Shown one piece after another: positions 31,530 to 41,429 of a stretch of DNA of 64,000 nt. Under the pieces are notes generated by a model. It searched no databases and was not told the origin of the DNA. It saw only the letters and a list, made by a program, of their open reading frames with translations. Made by a program: the position numbers and the translations under genes. The first letter of the stretch is position 1; each line of letters starts with the position of its first letter. The stretch covers positions 2,240,001-2,304,000 of the forward strand of contig CAXXVS010000002.1 of assembly GCA_963674755.2 (NCBI GenBank). Direction: 5' to 3'. The stretch comes from Desulfobacterales bacterium. GTDB lineage: Bacteria > Desulfobacterota > Desulfobacteria > Desulfobacterales > UBA5852.

Positions 31530-31674
31530 GTGTCCGTCCAGAGGTGGTAGATTTTGGTTTCTGGCAAGGCCGCAGCCGACGGGCGCCCACAGGCGTAGCC
31601 CGGCTACGCCGAGGACCGACAGGAGGCGAGAACGCCGCCAGGGGCCAAAAGATGCCACCTCTGGGCGGACACTA
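31530..31674. mobile_element. MITE-like element family B, copy 2; end overlaps the TAG stop of the activase gene
   Basis: GTGTCCGTCCAGAGGTGG ... CCACCTCTGGGCGGACACTA. Confidence 0.72.
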
Positions 31675-32442
31675 GGATAGGTTGGCGGCCATGCAGGCCG
31701 CGCCGAGGGCGCCGTTCTCCTGGGCATAGGCCGACACCTCGATGGGGTAGCCCAGTTTGGCTTCCAGGGCCCTGACCACGCCGATATTGTGCGCCACCCC
31801 ACCGGTCATCATGACCGGTTCCGTCACCCCCACCCGGTTGGCCATGGCCGCCACCCGGGCGGCCACCGACTCATGGATGCCGGCGATGATGTCGGCCCGG
31901 CGGGCCCCCTTGGAGATCAGGGAAATCACTTCGGATTCGGCGAACACGGTGCACAGGCTGCTGATGCGGGCCGGATTTTCGGCGGTCAGCGACATGGCCC
32001 CGAACCCGTCCAGATCCACCTCCAGGGCCCGGGCCATGACCTCCAGGAAGCGTCCCGTCCCGGCCGCACACTTGTCGTTCATGGCAAATTCCCGCACCCC
32101 GCCGGCTTCGTTCAGGGCGATGGCCTTGCTGTCCTGGCCGCCGATATCGATGATGGAGCGGATGGCCGGATTCTGGAAGTAGGCCCCCTTGGCATGGCAG
32201 GTGATCTCCGTAACCGCCTTGTGGGCAAAATCCACGCTGTTGCGGCCGTAGCCCGTGGCCACGATGCGCTCCACGGCCGAGGCCTCGATCCCCAGTCCTT
32301 CCAAAAGCCCCTCGTATACCGCCCGGCCGGCGTTGCGGGCGTTGTAACCCGTCAAAATAACCTTGCACCCCGCCAGCTCACCGTCCTTGAGCAAGGCGGC
32401 TTTGGCGCTGATAGAACCTACGTCGATACCTACGGCGAGCAT
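31672..32442 (-). CDS. 2-hydroxyacyl-CoA dehydratase activase (HgdC/HadI-type ATPase)
   Basis: GIDVGS, ATGYGR, EITCH, IDIGGQDSK, MNDKCAAGTGRFLE, CTVFAESE. Confidence 0.93.
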   Translation of the reverse strand: MLAVGIDVGSISAKAALLKDGELAGCKVILTGYNARNAGRAVYEGLLEGLGIEASAVERIVATGYGRNSVDFAHKAVTEITCHAKGAYFQNPAIRSIIDIGGQDSKAIALNEAGGVREFAMNDKCAAGTGRFLEVMARALEVDLDGFGAMSLTAENPARISSLCTVFAESEVISLISKGARRADIIAGIHESVAARVAAMANRVGVTEPVMMTGGVAHNIGVVRALEAKLGYPIEVSAYAQENGALGAACMAANLS

Positions 32443-32506
32443 CTTAAGTATTCCCCTTTGTTTGGGTTACGATAGGGTGAACCAGCCTTGGATGCCCCAG
32501 AAAAAT

Positions 32507-32548
32507 AATAGATGCTGGATACTGCATACAGGATGCTGGATACTGCAA
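32507..32548. repeat. Tandem heptamer array (R)CTGGAT, about 6 degenerate units
   Basis: aatagat gctggat actgcat acaggat gctggat actgcaa; reverse complement of the array at 33006. Confidence 0.75.
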
Positions 32549-32584
32549 AAGCGTTGCCTTGAATTTAAGAAATTGGATCGATCA

Positions 32585-32962
32585 CTATTTCTCACTGGAA
32601 TGTTTTTTCATAACCGATTGAATAAATAAATTTATTTTCTTCCCAAGCATCGTGAGATCGCTATGAAGCTTTTCATACTGGACGTTATCGGCGAAGCTTT
32701 TTGTTTCGTATAAGGTTTCAAGGTGATCGATGGTTTCATCGTTTGATGCCTGGGCATACGTAAGAAACCGCAGGAATTCCTGTTTATATCGTCTCCGTCC
32801 ATATCCTTCGACGATATTGGACTTTACCGATTTTATCGATCTCCGAATCTGGCTGCCCTCCTCGTACATTTCAAATTTCGGTAACTCCCGGAGAGTCAAC
32901 GCATGGATCTCGACCACAATTGCTTTCGCAAGCTGCCAGATCTCAAGATTTCGATAACTCAT
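32585..32962 (-). CDS. Four-helix-bundle protein (23S rRNA intervening-sequence protein family)
   Basis: [42 protein letters not shown]; visibly AT-rich relative to neighbours. Confidence 0.9.
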   Translation of the reverse strand: MSYRNLEIWQLAKAIVVEIHALTLRELPKFEMYEEGSQIRRSIKSVKSNIVEGYGRRRYKQEFLRFLTYAQASNDETIDHLETLYETKSFADNVQYEKLHSDLTMLGKKINLFIQSVMKKHSSEK

Positions 32963-33005
32963 ACCCCTCCGCTCAAAGCATCACTTCTACGCTCTCGCCT
33001 GTCAT

Positions 33006-33061
33006 ATCAAGCATCCAGTATCCAGCATCGAGCATCCAGTATCCAGTATCCAGTATCCAGT
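33006..33061. repeat. Tandem heptamer array ATCCAG(T/C), 8 units
   Basis: atcaagc atccagt atccagc atcgagc (atccagt)x4, abutting the dehydratase stop codon at 33063. Confidence 0.9.
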
Positions 33062-33062
33062 T

Positions 33063-34301
33063 TCACCCCTTCAAAACTTCCATAAAGGCATCGATCCGGG
33101 TCTCCACCTGGCTTTCCGAAAAGCTGCGGGCATCGGTCATGTTGGCCTCAATGATCAGGGTGGGCAGGCCGCGTTTTTCCTGGACGATGCGGGCGATGTC
33201 GTACTGTCCGATGGAGTAGGGTTTGCAGCTGCGGTTGGAATGCATGACCAGACCGTCCACGTCGTATTTGTCGATCATCTCCAGCACCATCTCGGCCATG
33301 CGGTCGGTGCCGATGTTGAGGTAGATACGCGAATAGCCCTCGGCCATGGAGGCCAGGAAATCGTCTTCCTTGAGGTAGGGCAGCGACCCGCACCAGGCCG
33401 AGGTATAGGTATCCGCCACCAGGCAGGCGTTGTGGGCGGCGAATTTCTCCGACAGCCATCTGGTCCGGTACCAGATGGGCAGGTTGTCCCAGAGCAGGCG
33501 GTATTCTTCATGGGGTACGGCGCTGATGCCTTCGGCCACACGGGTCTTCATTTCCGCCAGCAGCCCGGTGTAGTAGTCCACGACCGTTTGGGTCCCCCGC
33601 AGGGTCACGATCAGGGCCAGATGGAAGAAGGCGTCGAAGGCGCTCATGGGCGCCGGTTTGTTCGTGGTGGTGTCGAGCACGGCCTGCCAGAGCGTTTGCC
33701 CCTCCATGGAAAGCCGGCCCACCTCCTGGAGGCGGTCCCGGTCGCAGGACTTGCCGCAGGCCTTTTCAAGAAAGAGGAGATATTCGTCGAGCTGCCGGCG
33801 CACGTAGATCCGCGCTTCCTCCGAAAATTCGGTGTGGCAGAAGGGGGTGTCGAGAATGAAGAGGGGCACGTCGTAATAACGGGCCTGAACCTCGTACCAC
33901 TTGAGCACCGTGCCGCAGATATTGTTGCCGCACACCAGCATGTCCGGTTTGGGAAGGCCGCCGATGGGCCCGCCGTTCACCGTGGAGCAGGCGATGTCGG
34001 CCAGGGCATAGGTGCACAGATCGCCGGAATAGCCCATGCCCTCGGCCTTTTCGCAAAGCTCGGTCCCCATCTTGGAAGCCCCGATCATGGCCCCGTGGTT
34101 TTCCGGATAGACCGGAATCACGTCCATGGCGATCAGCGGCTCCACCGGTCCCCCGCTGGTGATCCAGGCCACCTTCTTGCCGGTCTGCTCGGCGGTCTTG
34201 GCATCGATGTAGTAATGGGTCATGATCTCTTTCATCTTCGCCACCGACTTGATCTTGCGCCGCTCCTTATCGGGATCGACAGGCTTGTCCGTTGCGTTCA
34301 T
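33063..34301 (-). CDS. 2-hydroxyacyl-CoA dehydratase subunit (HadB/HgdA/BzdO-like, HGD-D family)
   Basis: YPENHGA, GYSGDLCTY, NNICGTVLKWY, MHSNRSCKP, ETRIDAFME. Confidence 0.88.
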   Translation of the reverse strand: MNATDKPVDPDKERRKIKSVAKMKEIMTHYYIDAKTAEQTGKKVAWITSGGPVEPLIAMDVIPVYPENHGAMIGASKMGTELCEKAEGMGYSGDLCTYALADIACSTVNGGPIGGLPKPDMLVCGNNICGTVLKWYEVQARYYDVPLFILDTPFCHTEFSEEARIYVRRQLDEYLLFLEKACGKSCDRDRLQEVGRLSMEGQTLWQAVLDTTTNKPAPMSAFDAFFHLALIVTLRGTQTVVDYYTGLLAEMKTRVAEGISAVPHEEYRLLWDNLPIWYRTRWLSEKFAAHNACLVADTYTSAWCGSLPYLKEDDFLASMAEGYSRIYLNIGTDRMAEMVLEMIDKYDVDGLVMHSNRSCKPYSIGQYDIARIVQEKRGLPTLIIEANMTDARSFSESQVETRIDAFMEVLKG

Positions 34302-34402
34302 CTATTCCTCCTCAAACATCTTCTCCGGCACTTACCGGAGGGATCATCTTCGATTATCAAGTCTGTATTGCATTCTCCGAATGATTGCCGACGATGCCCT
34401 AT

Positions 34403-34546
34403 GTGTCCGATCCAGAAATGAGGATTTTTGGTTCTGATCACGGCCGCACAAGGGTTTGGAGCGGGGCGTACATTGGTACGCCGCAGCCGCCAAACCCGCG
34501 GAGAACGAAGCGCAGGGCAAAAAAGACCATTTCTGGACGGACACTA
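34403..34546. mobile_element. MITE-like element family B, copy 3; end overlaps the TAG stop of the dehydratase subunit gene
   Basis: GTGTCCGATCCAGAAATG ... CATTTCTGGACGGACACTA. Confidence 0.7.
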
Positions 34547-35662
34547 GAGCATTTCGATGAACGCTTCGCAGCGCGTCCGGAATTGACCGTCGGATGCCGT
34601 CTGCTCCTCCAGTTCCACCAAAAGCGTGGGGATACCGGCGGCGTCCAGCATTTCCTTCAGATAAGGATAGTCGAAGGCATGGGGGTCGCAGAATTTGAGA
34701 TACAGGAAGACAACCCCCCGGGCCTTGCTCTCCCGTGCCAGATGCACCAGATCTTCCCCGCGGCGTTTGATGCCGGCGTGCTTGGCCGGGCAGACCGCCC
34801 GCCCGGTGTAGCGGCGGGCAATGGCGCCCATCAGATCGCCCTCCAACGCGATGGTTCCCGTCAACTGGCGGGATCCGGTGCACAGATCGTCCCCCACCAC
34901 TACACCGCCGGCCGCTTCGATGACGCTGTAGATATCGGGCAGGTTGCAGACGCCGCCGGAAAGGAAGATCCGTTTGGCATCGTGGCAGGCCGGGTTCGCC
35001 TGGGTGGCCAGTTCTTCCACGACGGTGAGCAGATTTTTAAGAAAATCGTGGCGGTCCATGACCATGGCGGACCGGGTGATGGCATGGACATCCCGGCCGG
35101 CCATAACGCCGGGGCAGTCCCGCCGTATGGTGTAGAGGGTCTGCATGGCGGACCGGATGCGGTTGCAGGTGTCGATCGCCTCCCGGAGATTGGCGTCGGA
35201 AATGGTCGTGTCCAGCAAGCCTTCCAGCTCGGAGCGGGCCTTTGCCATGACGGCCCGCATGTAATCCTGGGCGCTGGCGGTGTCGAGCTTCACCGGCAGG
35301 ACCACATCCAGATGAAAACCGGTTTGGGCATTCATACGCCATAAATCCGAGAGCCGCTGGATGGAATCGCAGGTATGGGGAAAGATGGTACCGTCCAGGA
35401 AATCCAGCCGCTGGTTGAGGGCGTCTTCCAGAGCGCCGCGCACCAGGCTGCAGCAATAGGCCTGCAAATGGGCATCGGCCTTGGAAATCGCCCCGCTGCC
35501 CCCCACGATGCGGTATCCCAGGGCACCGGCCGCCAGAATCAACTCCTCCGGGGCATAGGAGCAGAAGGTTCCCACGACCTTGCCCCCGGTGCGCGCCTTC
35601 CACTCCCGGGCATAGGCCTGGGGATCGGCGGCAACATCATGAAACACTTGCATGGCATCCAT
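34544..35662 (-). CDS. 2-hydroxyacyl-CoA dehydratase subunit (HadC/HgdB/BzdN-like)
   Basis: YAPEELILAAG, HTCDS, DDLCTGSR, KFCDPH, TRCEAFIEML; SD AAGGAG before ATG 35662. Confidence 0.88.
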   Translation of the reverse strand: MDAMQVFHDVAADPQAYAREWKARTGGKVVGTFCSYAPEELILAAGALGYRIVGGSGAISKADAHLQAYCCSLVRGALEDALNQRLDFLDGTIFPHTCDSIQRLSDLWRMNAQTGFHLDVVLPVKLDTASAQDYMRAVMAKARSELEGLLDTTISDANLREAIDTCNRIRSAMQTLYTIRRDCPGVMAGRDVHAITRSAMVMDRHDFLKNLLTVVEELATQANPACHDAKRIFLSGGVCNLPDIYSVIEAAGGVVVGDDLCTGSRQLTGTIALEGDLMGAIARRYTGRAVCPAKHAGIKRRGEDLVHLARESKARGVVFLYLKFCDPHAFDYPYLKEMLDAAGIPTLLVELEEQTASDGQFRTRCEAFIEML

Positions 35663-35775
35663 GGCGACACTCCTTCTCAAATCGGCAACCGGTCCGTAGA
35701 AAACGGCCCTGCCGTTCTTGGTAACATCAATGCGGCAACTCAGGATCAGGGATTAAACAGCGGTATGGGGCAATT

Positions 35776-37494
35776 TCAGCCCTCATCGGATCCTGTTGGG
35801 TCTTTGCCCTTGGCGGCCTCCTCGGCGGCGAGTTCCGCAAAGGCCACCTTGCCCACCAGCGTGAGGGGCAATTCCTGGCGGAATTCGATTTCCCGGGGGC
35901 AGCTCCAAAGGATAAGATCTTTACGGCAGAAGTCGATCAGCTCCTTTTCCATGGCGGGCCCGGCCTTGGCCGGATCCTTCAGCACCACGAACCCCTTGAC
36001 CCGCTCCACCTGTTTTGCGTCCGGCACACCGATGATGCACACCTCCTGCACCCCCGGATGCCGGTAAAGCTGCTCTTCCACCTGGGCCGGATAGACGTTC
36101 ATGCCCGAAGACTTGATCATGCGTTTCTCCCGCAGGCGGAAGTAGAAGAACCCGTCCCTGTCCATGGTGCCGATATCGCCGGTGTGCAGCCAGGTTTTTC
36201 CGTCCGGGTGGACCTGCAGGGCCTGGGCCGTTTCCTCGGGCTGGTCCAGATAGCCCATCATGACGGCCGGACCGTGGAGGCAGATCTCGCCTTCCTCGCC
36301 CGGCGGCAGGGCCTCCGTGGTGCCGGAGCGCACGATCCGCGCTTCCATATCCGGGAAAGGAATGCCGACGCTGTTTTCGCGGTACTCGCTCATGGGCATG
36401 GCCATGATGGCGGTCACCGCCTCGGTCAGACCGTAGCCCTCCCTGAGCTGGGTATTGCCCCCCTGCTGACGGACGATGGCCTCGAAACGCTCCTTGACCT
36501 TGCGCGGCAAGGTGTCGGCCCCGCAGAAGGCGGCTTTGATGCAGCTGAGATCGGTTTTCCGGAACACCGGGTTGCGGTTCAGGGCCTCGAAAAGGGTCGG
36601 CACGCCCACAATGAAATTGGGCCGCTTGCGCCGGATCAGTTTGGCCACCTCCTCCGGTGTGAACTGGGGCACCATGATACTCTTGGCGCCCCCCATGAAG
36701 GCCGCGTTGAGGCATACGCCCAGGCCGAACCCGTGAAACACCGGCAGAATGGCCAGGATCGCATCGCCGGCCGTCAAGTCTCCCCAGGCCGAGACCTGCA
36801 TGCCTTCAGCAATAAAATTCCGGTTGGACAGCATGATGCCTTTGGGCTTGCCGGTGGTGCCGCCGCTGTAGAGGATGACGGCCAGGTCTTCGAAACGGGC
36901 CGGTCCCTTGTCCACCCGGGGATGAGGGCCGCTCATCAGGGCCCGCCACCAGACCACCATGGGGTCGTCCGGCACCTTGGGAATCTTGCGGCCTTTGGTC
37001 AGCTGGAAGCCGATGCGCATGATCCGGCCCAGATAGTCGGGGATGCGGGCCAGAACCAGTTTCTCCACCGGAGTGCTGTCCAGGATCGATTTAAACTTGC
37101 CGTAGAAGGCGTCCAGGGTCAGGGCAAAGCGGCTCCGGCTGAGATTGAGATAGAAGGCGATCTCGGTGGCCGTCGAGAGGGGGTGAATCATGCTGGCCAC
37201 CCCACCCAGTTTATTGACCGCGTAGAATCCGATCACCGCCTGGGGGCAAGTGGGCATGGCGATCGTCATGCGGTCGCCGGCCCTCATCCCCAAATCCGCC
37301 AGGGCATCGGCACAGCGATCGATTTCGGCCACGAACTGCCGGTAGGTCGCCTGCCGGCCGAAAAAATCATAGGCCGCCGCCTCCGGGCACCGTTCAGCGG
37401 TCAGCGCCAGGGCTTCGTACATGGTCACTTGGGGATAATCGATGTGATGGGGCACATCACCGTAGTAAGCGAGCCAGGGTTGGTCAGGGGTCAT
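35776..37494 (-). CDS. Acyl-CoA ligase (long-chain-fatty-acid-CoA ligase family)
   Basis: YSGGTTGKPKG, EGYGLTE, LHTGDIG, SGMNVYP. Confidence 0.92.
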   Translation of the reverse strand: MTPDQPWLAYYGDVPHHIDYPQVTMYEALALTAERCPEAAAYDFFGRQATYRQFVAEIDRCADALADLGMRAGDRMTIAMPTCPQAVIGFYAVNKLGGVASMIHPLSTATEIAFYLNLSRSRFALTLDAFYGKFKSILDSTPVEKLVLARIPDYLGRIMRIGFQLTKGRKIPKVPDDPMVVWWRALMSGPHPRVDKGPARFEDLAVILYSGGTTGKPKGIMLSNRNFIAEGMQVSAWGDLTAGDAILAILPVFHGFGLGVCLNAAFMGGAKSIMVPQFTPEEVAKLIRRKRPNFIVGVPTLFEALNRNPVFRKTDLSCIKAAFCGADTLPRKVKERFEAIVRQQGGNTQLREGYGLTEAVTAIMAMPMSEYRENSVGIPFPDMEARIVRSGTTEALPPGEEGEICLHGPAVMMGYLDQPEETAQALQVHPDGKTWLHTGDIGTMDRDGFFYFRLREKRMIKSSGMNVYPAQVEEQLYRHPGVQEVCIIGVPDAKQVERVKGFVVLKDPAKAGPAMEKELIDFCRKDLILWSCPREIEFRQELPLTLVGKVAFAELAAEEAAKGKDPTGSDEG

Positions 37495-37556
37495 GATTCG
37501 TCAGGCCTTTGCAATAAATGGTGATTTGAGCCATCGGGTCGTTTGGCAGTTCTAAT

Positions 37557-37573
37557 ATCGACCAGCGGTCGAT
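37557..37573. promoter_or_regulatory. Candidate TetR operator between the divergent ligase and tetR genes
   Basis: Perfect palindrome ATCGACC-agc-GGTCGAT; a degenerate ATCGAC copy lies near 37612. Confidence 0.45.
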
Positions 37574-37708
37574 CGGTCAACCAATAATTGCATTTTCTCC
37601 TTCAAAATGCTATCGACAATACGATCAACTCCAGATTCATCCATTTTCCCGCCAACAAAGAAGCGATAGCTTTCTGGACCAAATCTTATAGGCGAGGGTG
37701 AGGGCCCG

Positions 37709-38356
37709 ATGGGAAAAAAAGACACCTTGAGCAAACTCCGGCAAAGAGAGCGGGAAACCCGTGAAGACTTGATTATCGACGCGGCCCGGACCGTTTTCGG
37801 CGCCAAGACCTACGACAAGGTCAGCATGCAGGAAATCGCCAATGCGGCCGGGATCGCCAAATCCTCCATCTATACCTATTTTACCAATCAGGAAGCCCTG
37901 TTTGTGGAGGCCGCCTATCGGGATACCCAGCGCTTCATCGGCGAACTCGAGGCCCGCTTGCAGGACAAGGACGATTCCCGGAAACTTGAAACTCTGATCG
38001 CCCACTTCCTGGAATACAACACCCGCAACGAAGTCTACTGGCAGATGATCACGCGCTTTTCCCTCTACGGCGAGATCAGCGGGGAATCCTCTCGCAAACT
38101 CGATGTGGTGGCCCGGCGCTTCATGGACCTGCTCGACCTGGTCTTTGCCGATGCCCCCGCCGGCACGGATAAACGCCTGCTCTCCCATACGCTTTTTGCC
38201 TCCTTGAGCGGCATCCTGATTGCGTTTCGCAAATATCCCGGCCGCTCCGAGGCGGAAAGTCTGGCCCACATGCAGCGGGTGGGACGCCTGATCAAGGACA
38301 TGTTCGACGGCTACCTGGGCCGCACCGGCGAGGCGGCCTCAAGCGGGCCGGCATGA
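37709..38356 (+). CDS. TetR/AcrR family transcriptional regulator
   Basis: IIDAARTVF..SMQEIANAAGIAKSSIYTYFTN HTH. Confidence 0.92.
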   Translation: MGKKDTLSKLRQRERETREDLIIDAARTVFGAKTYDKVSMQEIANAAGIAKSSIYTYFTNQEALFVEAAYRDTQRFIGELEARLQDKDDSRKLETLIAHFLEYNTRNEVYWQMITRFSLYGEISGESSRKLDVVARRFMDLLDLVFADAPAGTDKRLLSHTLFASLSGILIAFRKYPGRSEAESLAHMQRVGRLIKDMFDGYLGRTGEAASSGPA

Positions 38357-38451
38357 TGACGGAGTCGCCCTGAGCCTGCCCGACCGTATTGCTGGAATCC
38401 TTCCTATCCCAAAGTGGTTTGCCGAGCACTTTCATCGACGGAGGTCACGAC

Positions 38452-39758
38452 ATGTCGTGGGAAAAAAACCTGGCCCTTGTCACGATCGTTCTGGTGCTGG
38501 TCCTGTTGGGCATCGTTTGGGGGGTTTCCCGCCATGGTTTCAATTATCTAAAACCGGTGGTGATCGAGCAGGTGCGGGCTGCCACCGGACGTGAAATAAC
38601 CATCGCGGGCGATCTCCGTCTTAAAATCGGCCTATCCCCGACCCTGGTCACCGGACCGGTCTCGCTGCGCAACCCCGACTGGAGCTCCCAGCCGGACATG
38701 TTGACCGTCCAGACGCTGGAGCTCCAGATCAGTCTTCTGGCGCTCCTCTCCAAAGACGTCCTGATCAAGCACCTGCTGTTGACCAGACCGGTCGTACTGG
38801 TGGAGGAAAAGGCCGACGGCCGCCGCAACAACTGGCAGTTCGAAGGGACCCTCGGCCAACCGGCCCCCGGTCCTCTATCCGGCTCTGGCAGCTACCATGT
38901 CCAGCTTCATGAGGTGGATATCCGGGACGGGACCCTGCGCTACCAAAATGACAAGACCGGGAAAACCACCCGCCTCGAAATCGCTAAACTCACCTTAGAA
39001 CGACAGGGCGGAGCCCTGCCCCTCAGAATGACGATGGAAGCCGCCTACGACCGGAAGACATTCTCTCTCGAGGGCGGTGTCGGTTTGCTGAACGATCTGC
39101 TGAACCCCGGGAAGGACTGGGCGTTCGAACTGGCCGTGAAGGCCGGGGGCTTTCCGTGGCCGAACTGATGGGCAGTTTGAACGGCCACGCCACACTGATT
39201 TCGGGCAAGGGCCGCCTGGGCAAGCTGTTTTTCGGCCTGTTCGACGAGGGCCTCGCGCGTCAATTGATCACGCTTCTCAATCCGCGCCAAAAACAATCCG
39301 ACGCGACCCCCATCGAATGTCTCGTGATCCGCTTCGACAGTACGAACGGTTTGGCCGATTTGTCCCGATTGGTCTGGGTAACCCCCGATGCCGTCGTGGT
39401 GGGCGGCGGCCATATCGATCTGGGCACCGAAAAAATCGATATCGGCATTCAACCCACCCCCAGGCAGGGTAAAATCAGTCTCGGTGCCCTCACCAAACCT
39501 TTCCGGATGGGGGGCACCCTGGCGGCGCCCGCCCTGCGGATCGATGCCACCGCCACGGCCCTCATCGCCGGCCGGATTGCGGGCGGACTGCTCTTCGGCC
39601 CGATAGGCCTTGCCTTGGCATTTTCCGATATTGTCGGTACTGAAGGCGGCAATCCCTGCGTGGCCGCGGTCGCGGCGGCTGAAAAAGGTGTCGTTCCCCA
39701 AGAGAAGGGGTTTTTGGAAAAGCTGGAAGACAAACTTCGCTTCTGGCGCGATGAATAA
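38452..39758 (+). pseudogene. AsmA family protein, split (N-terminal 38452-39168, C-terminal 39156-39758, different frames)
   Basis: AsmA N-terminus (ATGREITIAGDL, NPDWS..PDML, NNWQF) and C-terminus (SVAELMGSLNG, IECLV, GGGHIDLGTEKID, GTLAAP) meet out of frame at about 39140-39155. Confidence 0.7.
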
Positions 39759-39791
39759 AGCGTACCGACGATCTTCGGAAAGGGAGTTGAA

Positions 39792-41429
39792 ATGACATCG
39801 ACACAGGTGGAGGCCACGCTGGCCATCGATCTCGGCACCTCCGGCCCCAAGGTGGCGCTGGTTTCCGTGCAAGGGCAGGTTCTGGCTTGCGAGATCGAAA
39901 AAACCCCGCTGACCCTGCTGCCCGGAGGCGGCGCCGAACAGGACCCGGAGGACTGGTGGCAGGCCATCTGCCGGGCCAGCCGCCGCCTGCTGGCACGGCC
40001 CGAGGCGCAGAACATCCCCATCGTGGGGGTATGCGCCACCACCCAGTGGTCCGGCACGGTGGCCGTGGATCGAGGGGGCAACCCTCTGGGCAATGCCATC
40101 ATCTGGATGGATTCCCGCGGGGCTCCTTATGTACGCCGCATCACCTCCGGGCCGGTACGGCTGGCAGGCTTCGGCATCGACAAGCTGTGGACCTGGGTGC
40201 GGCTGACCGGCGGCATCCCCAGCCCGTCCGGCAAAGATCCCATCGCCCACATTCTTTTTCTCCAGCATGAAAAGCCCGAAATTTACCGCGCGGCCTACAA
40301 ATTCCTGGAACCCAAGGACTATCTCAATCTGAAGATGACGGGCCGCTATGCCGCCGCCTATGATTCGATCACGCTCCACTGGGTGACGGACAACCGCCGC
40401 ATCGACCGCATCGGCTACCATGACGGTCTGCTCAAATTGGCGGGTCTGGACCGGGCCACCCTGCCGGAGCTCAAATCGGCCGTGGATATCCTGGGGCCGC
40501 TGCTCCCGGCGGCCGCCCGGGATCTCGGCCTGCCGGACAGCCTGCCGGTGGTCATGGGCACCCCGGACCTGCATTCGGCCGCCATCGGCTCCGGGGCCGT
40601 GCGCGACTATGAGGCCCACCTCTATATCGGCACCTCCTCCTGGCTGACCTGCCATGTGCCGTTTAAAAAAACCGATCTCCTGCACAACATGGCCGCCATC
40701 CCCTCGGCCATCCCCGGCCGCTATTTCATTGCCAACGAACAGGAAACCGCCGGGGGCTGCCTGGCTTTCCTGCGGGACAAGATCCTCTTCCCGCCTGCGG
40801 ATGCGTCTGCCGCCGACACGGAAGAGCGCCGCTTCACCGCCCTGGAAGCCCTGGCCAGGCAGGTGCCGGCCGGCAGCCGGGGCTTGATCTTCACCCCCTG
40901 GCTCTATGGGGAGCGCACACCGGTGGAGGATCATGCCGTACGGGGCGGATTCCACAACCTCTCCCTGGAGGCGGACCGGGGCGCCCTGGTGCGCGCCGTG
41001 ATGGAAGGCGTGGCCTACAACACCCGCTGGCTGATGGGCTACGTGGAAAAATTCATCCGGCGCAAACTGACCCGAATCCGCATGGTGGGCGGGGGTGCCA
41101 ATTCCGACCTCTGGTGCCAGATATGCGCCGATGTCCTCGATCGCACCGTTCTCCAGGTTCGCGATCCGGTGACCGTCAACGCCCGGGGCGCCGGCATCCT
41201 GGCCGCCGTGGCCCTGGGCTACGGCCGGTTCGAGGACATCGCAGGACAGGTGGCCATCGCCGGCACCTACACACCCGATCCCGGGCGGCACCAGCGCTAC
41301 CAACCGCTGTTTCGCGCCTTCCTGGACATCTACCGCCGCAACCGCCGGATCTATGCGGGACTGAATCACCGGAAGCCTTCGGGGTGTGCCTCGGGAGAAA
41401 CTCCGGGAAGTAACCGATCCAACGGCTAG
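39792..41429 (+). CDS. FGGY-family carbohydrate kinase (xylulokinase-like)
   Basis: AIDLGTSGPK, EQDPEDWW, WMDSR, GERTP, RAVMEGVA, GGGA. Confidence 0.9.
   Translation: MTSTQVEATLAIDLGTSGPKVALVSVQGQVLACEIEKTPLTLLPGGGAEQDPEDWWQAICRASRRLLARPEAQNIPIVGVCATTQWSGTVAVDRGGNPLGNAIIWMDSRGAPYVRRITSGPVRLAGFGIDKLWTWVRLTGGIPSPSGKDPIAHILFLQHEKPEIYRAAYKFLEPKDYLNLKMTGRYAAAYDSITLHWVTDNRRIDRIGYHDGLLKLAGLDRATLPELKSAVDILGPLLPAAARDLGLPDSLPVVMGTPDLHSAAIGSGAVRDYEAHLYIGTSSWLTCHVPFKKTDLLHNMAAIPSAIPGRYFIANEQETAGGCLAFLRDKILFPPADASAADTEERRFTALEALARQVPAGSRGLIFTPWLYGERTPVEDHAVRGGFHNLSLEADRGALVRAVMEGVAYNTRWLMGYVEKFIRRKLTRIRMVGGGANSDLWCQICADVLDRTVLQVRDPVTVNARGAGILAAVALGYGRFEDIAGQVAIAGTYTPDPGRHQRYQPLFRAFLDIYRRNRRIYAGLNHRKPSGCASGETPGSNRSNG

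Noticed and set aside
32585..32962. Four-helix-bundle gene as the Avd of a diversity-generating retroelement
   Set aside because: No reverse transcriptase and no template/variable repeat pair seen in the window.
33006..33061. Tandem array as a CRISPR
   Set aside because: 7-nt units without spacers; no cas genes.
39156..39168. TGA at the AsmA junction as a third selenocysteine
   Set aside because: The downstream half is in a different frame, so readthrough would not join the halves.
39045..41369. 774-aa minus-strand ORF, and similar long ORFs such as 504-1271, 12919-14262, 36058-37524, 49863-51326, 53549-54967 and 63154-63894
   Set aside because: Antisense shadows of well-supported genes, expected from GC-rich codon usage; no recognisable motifs.
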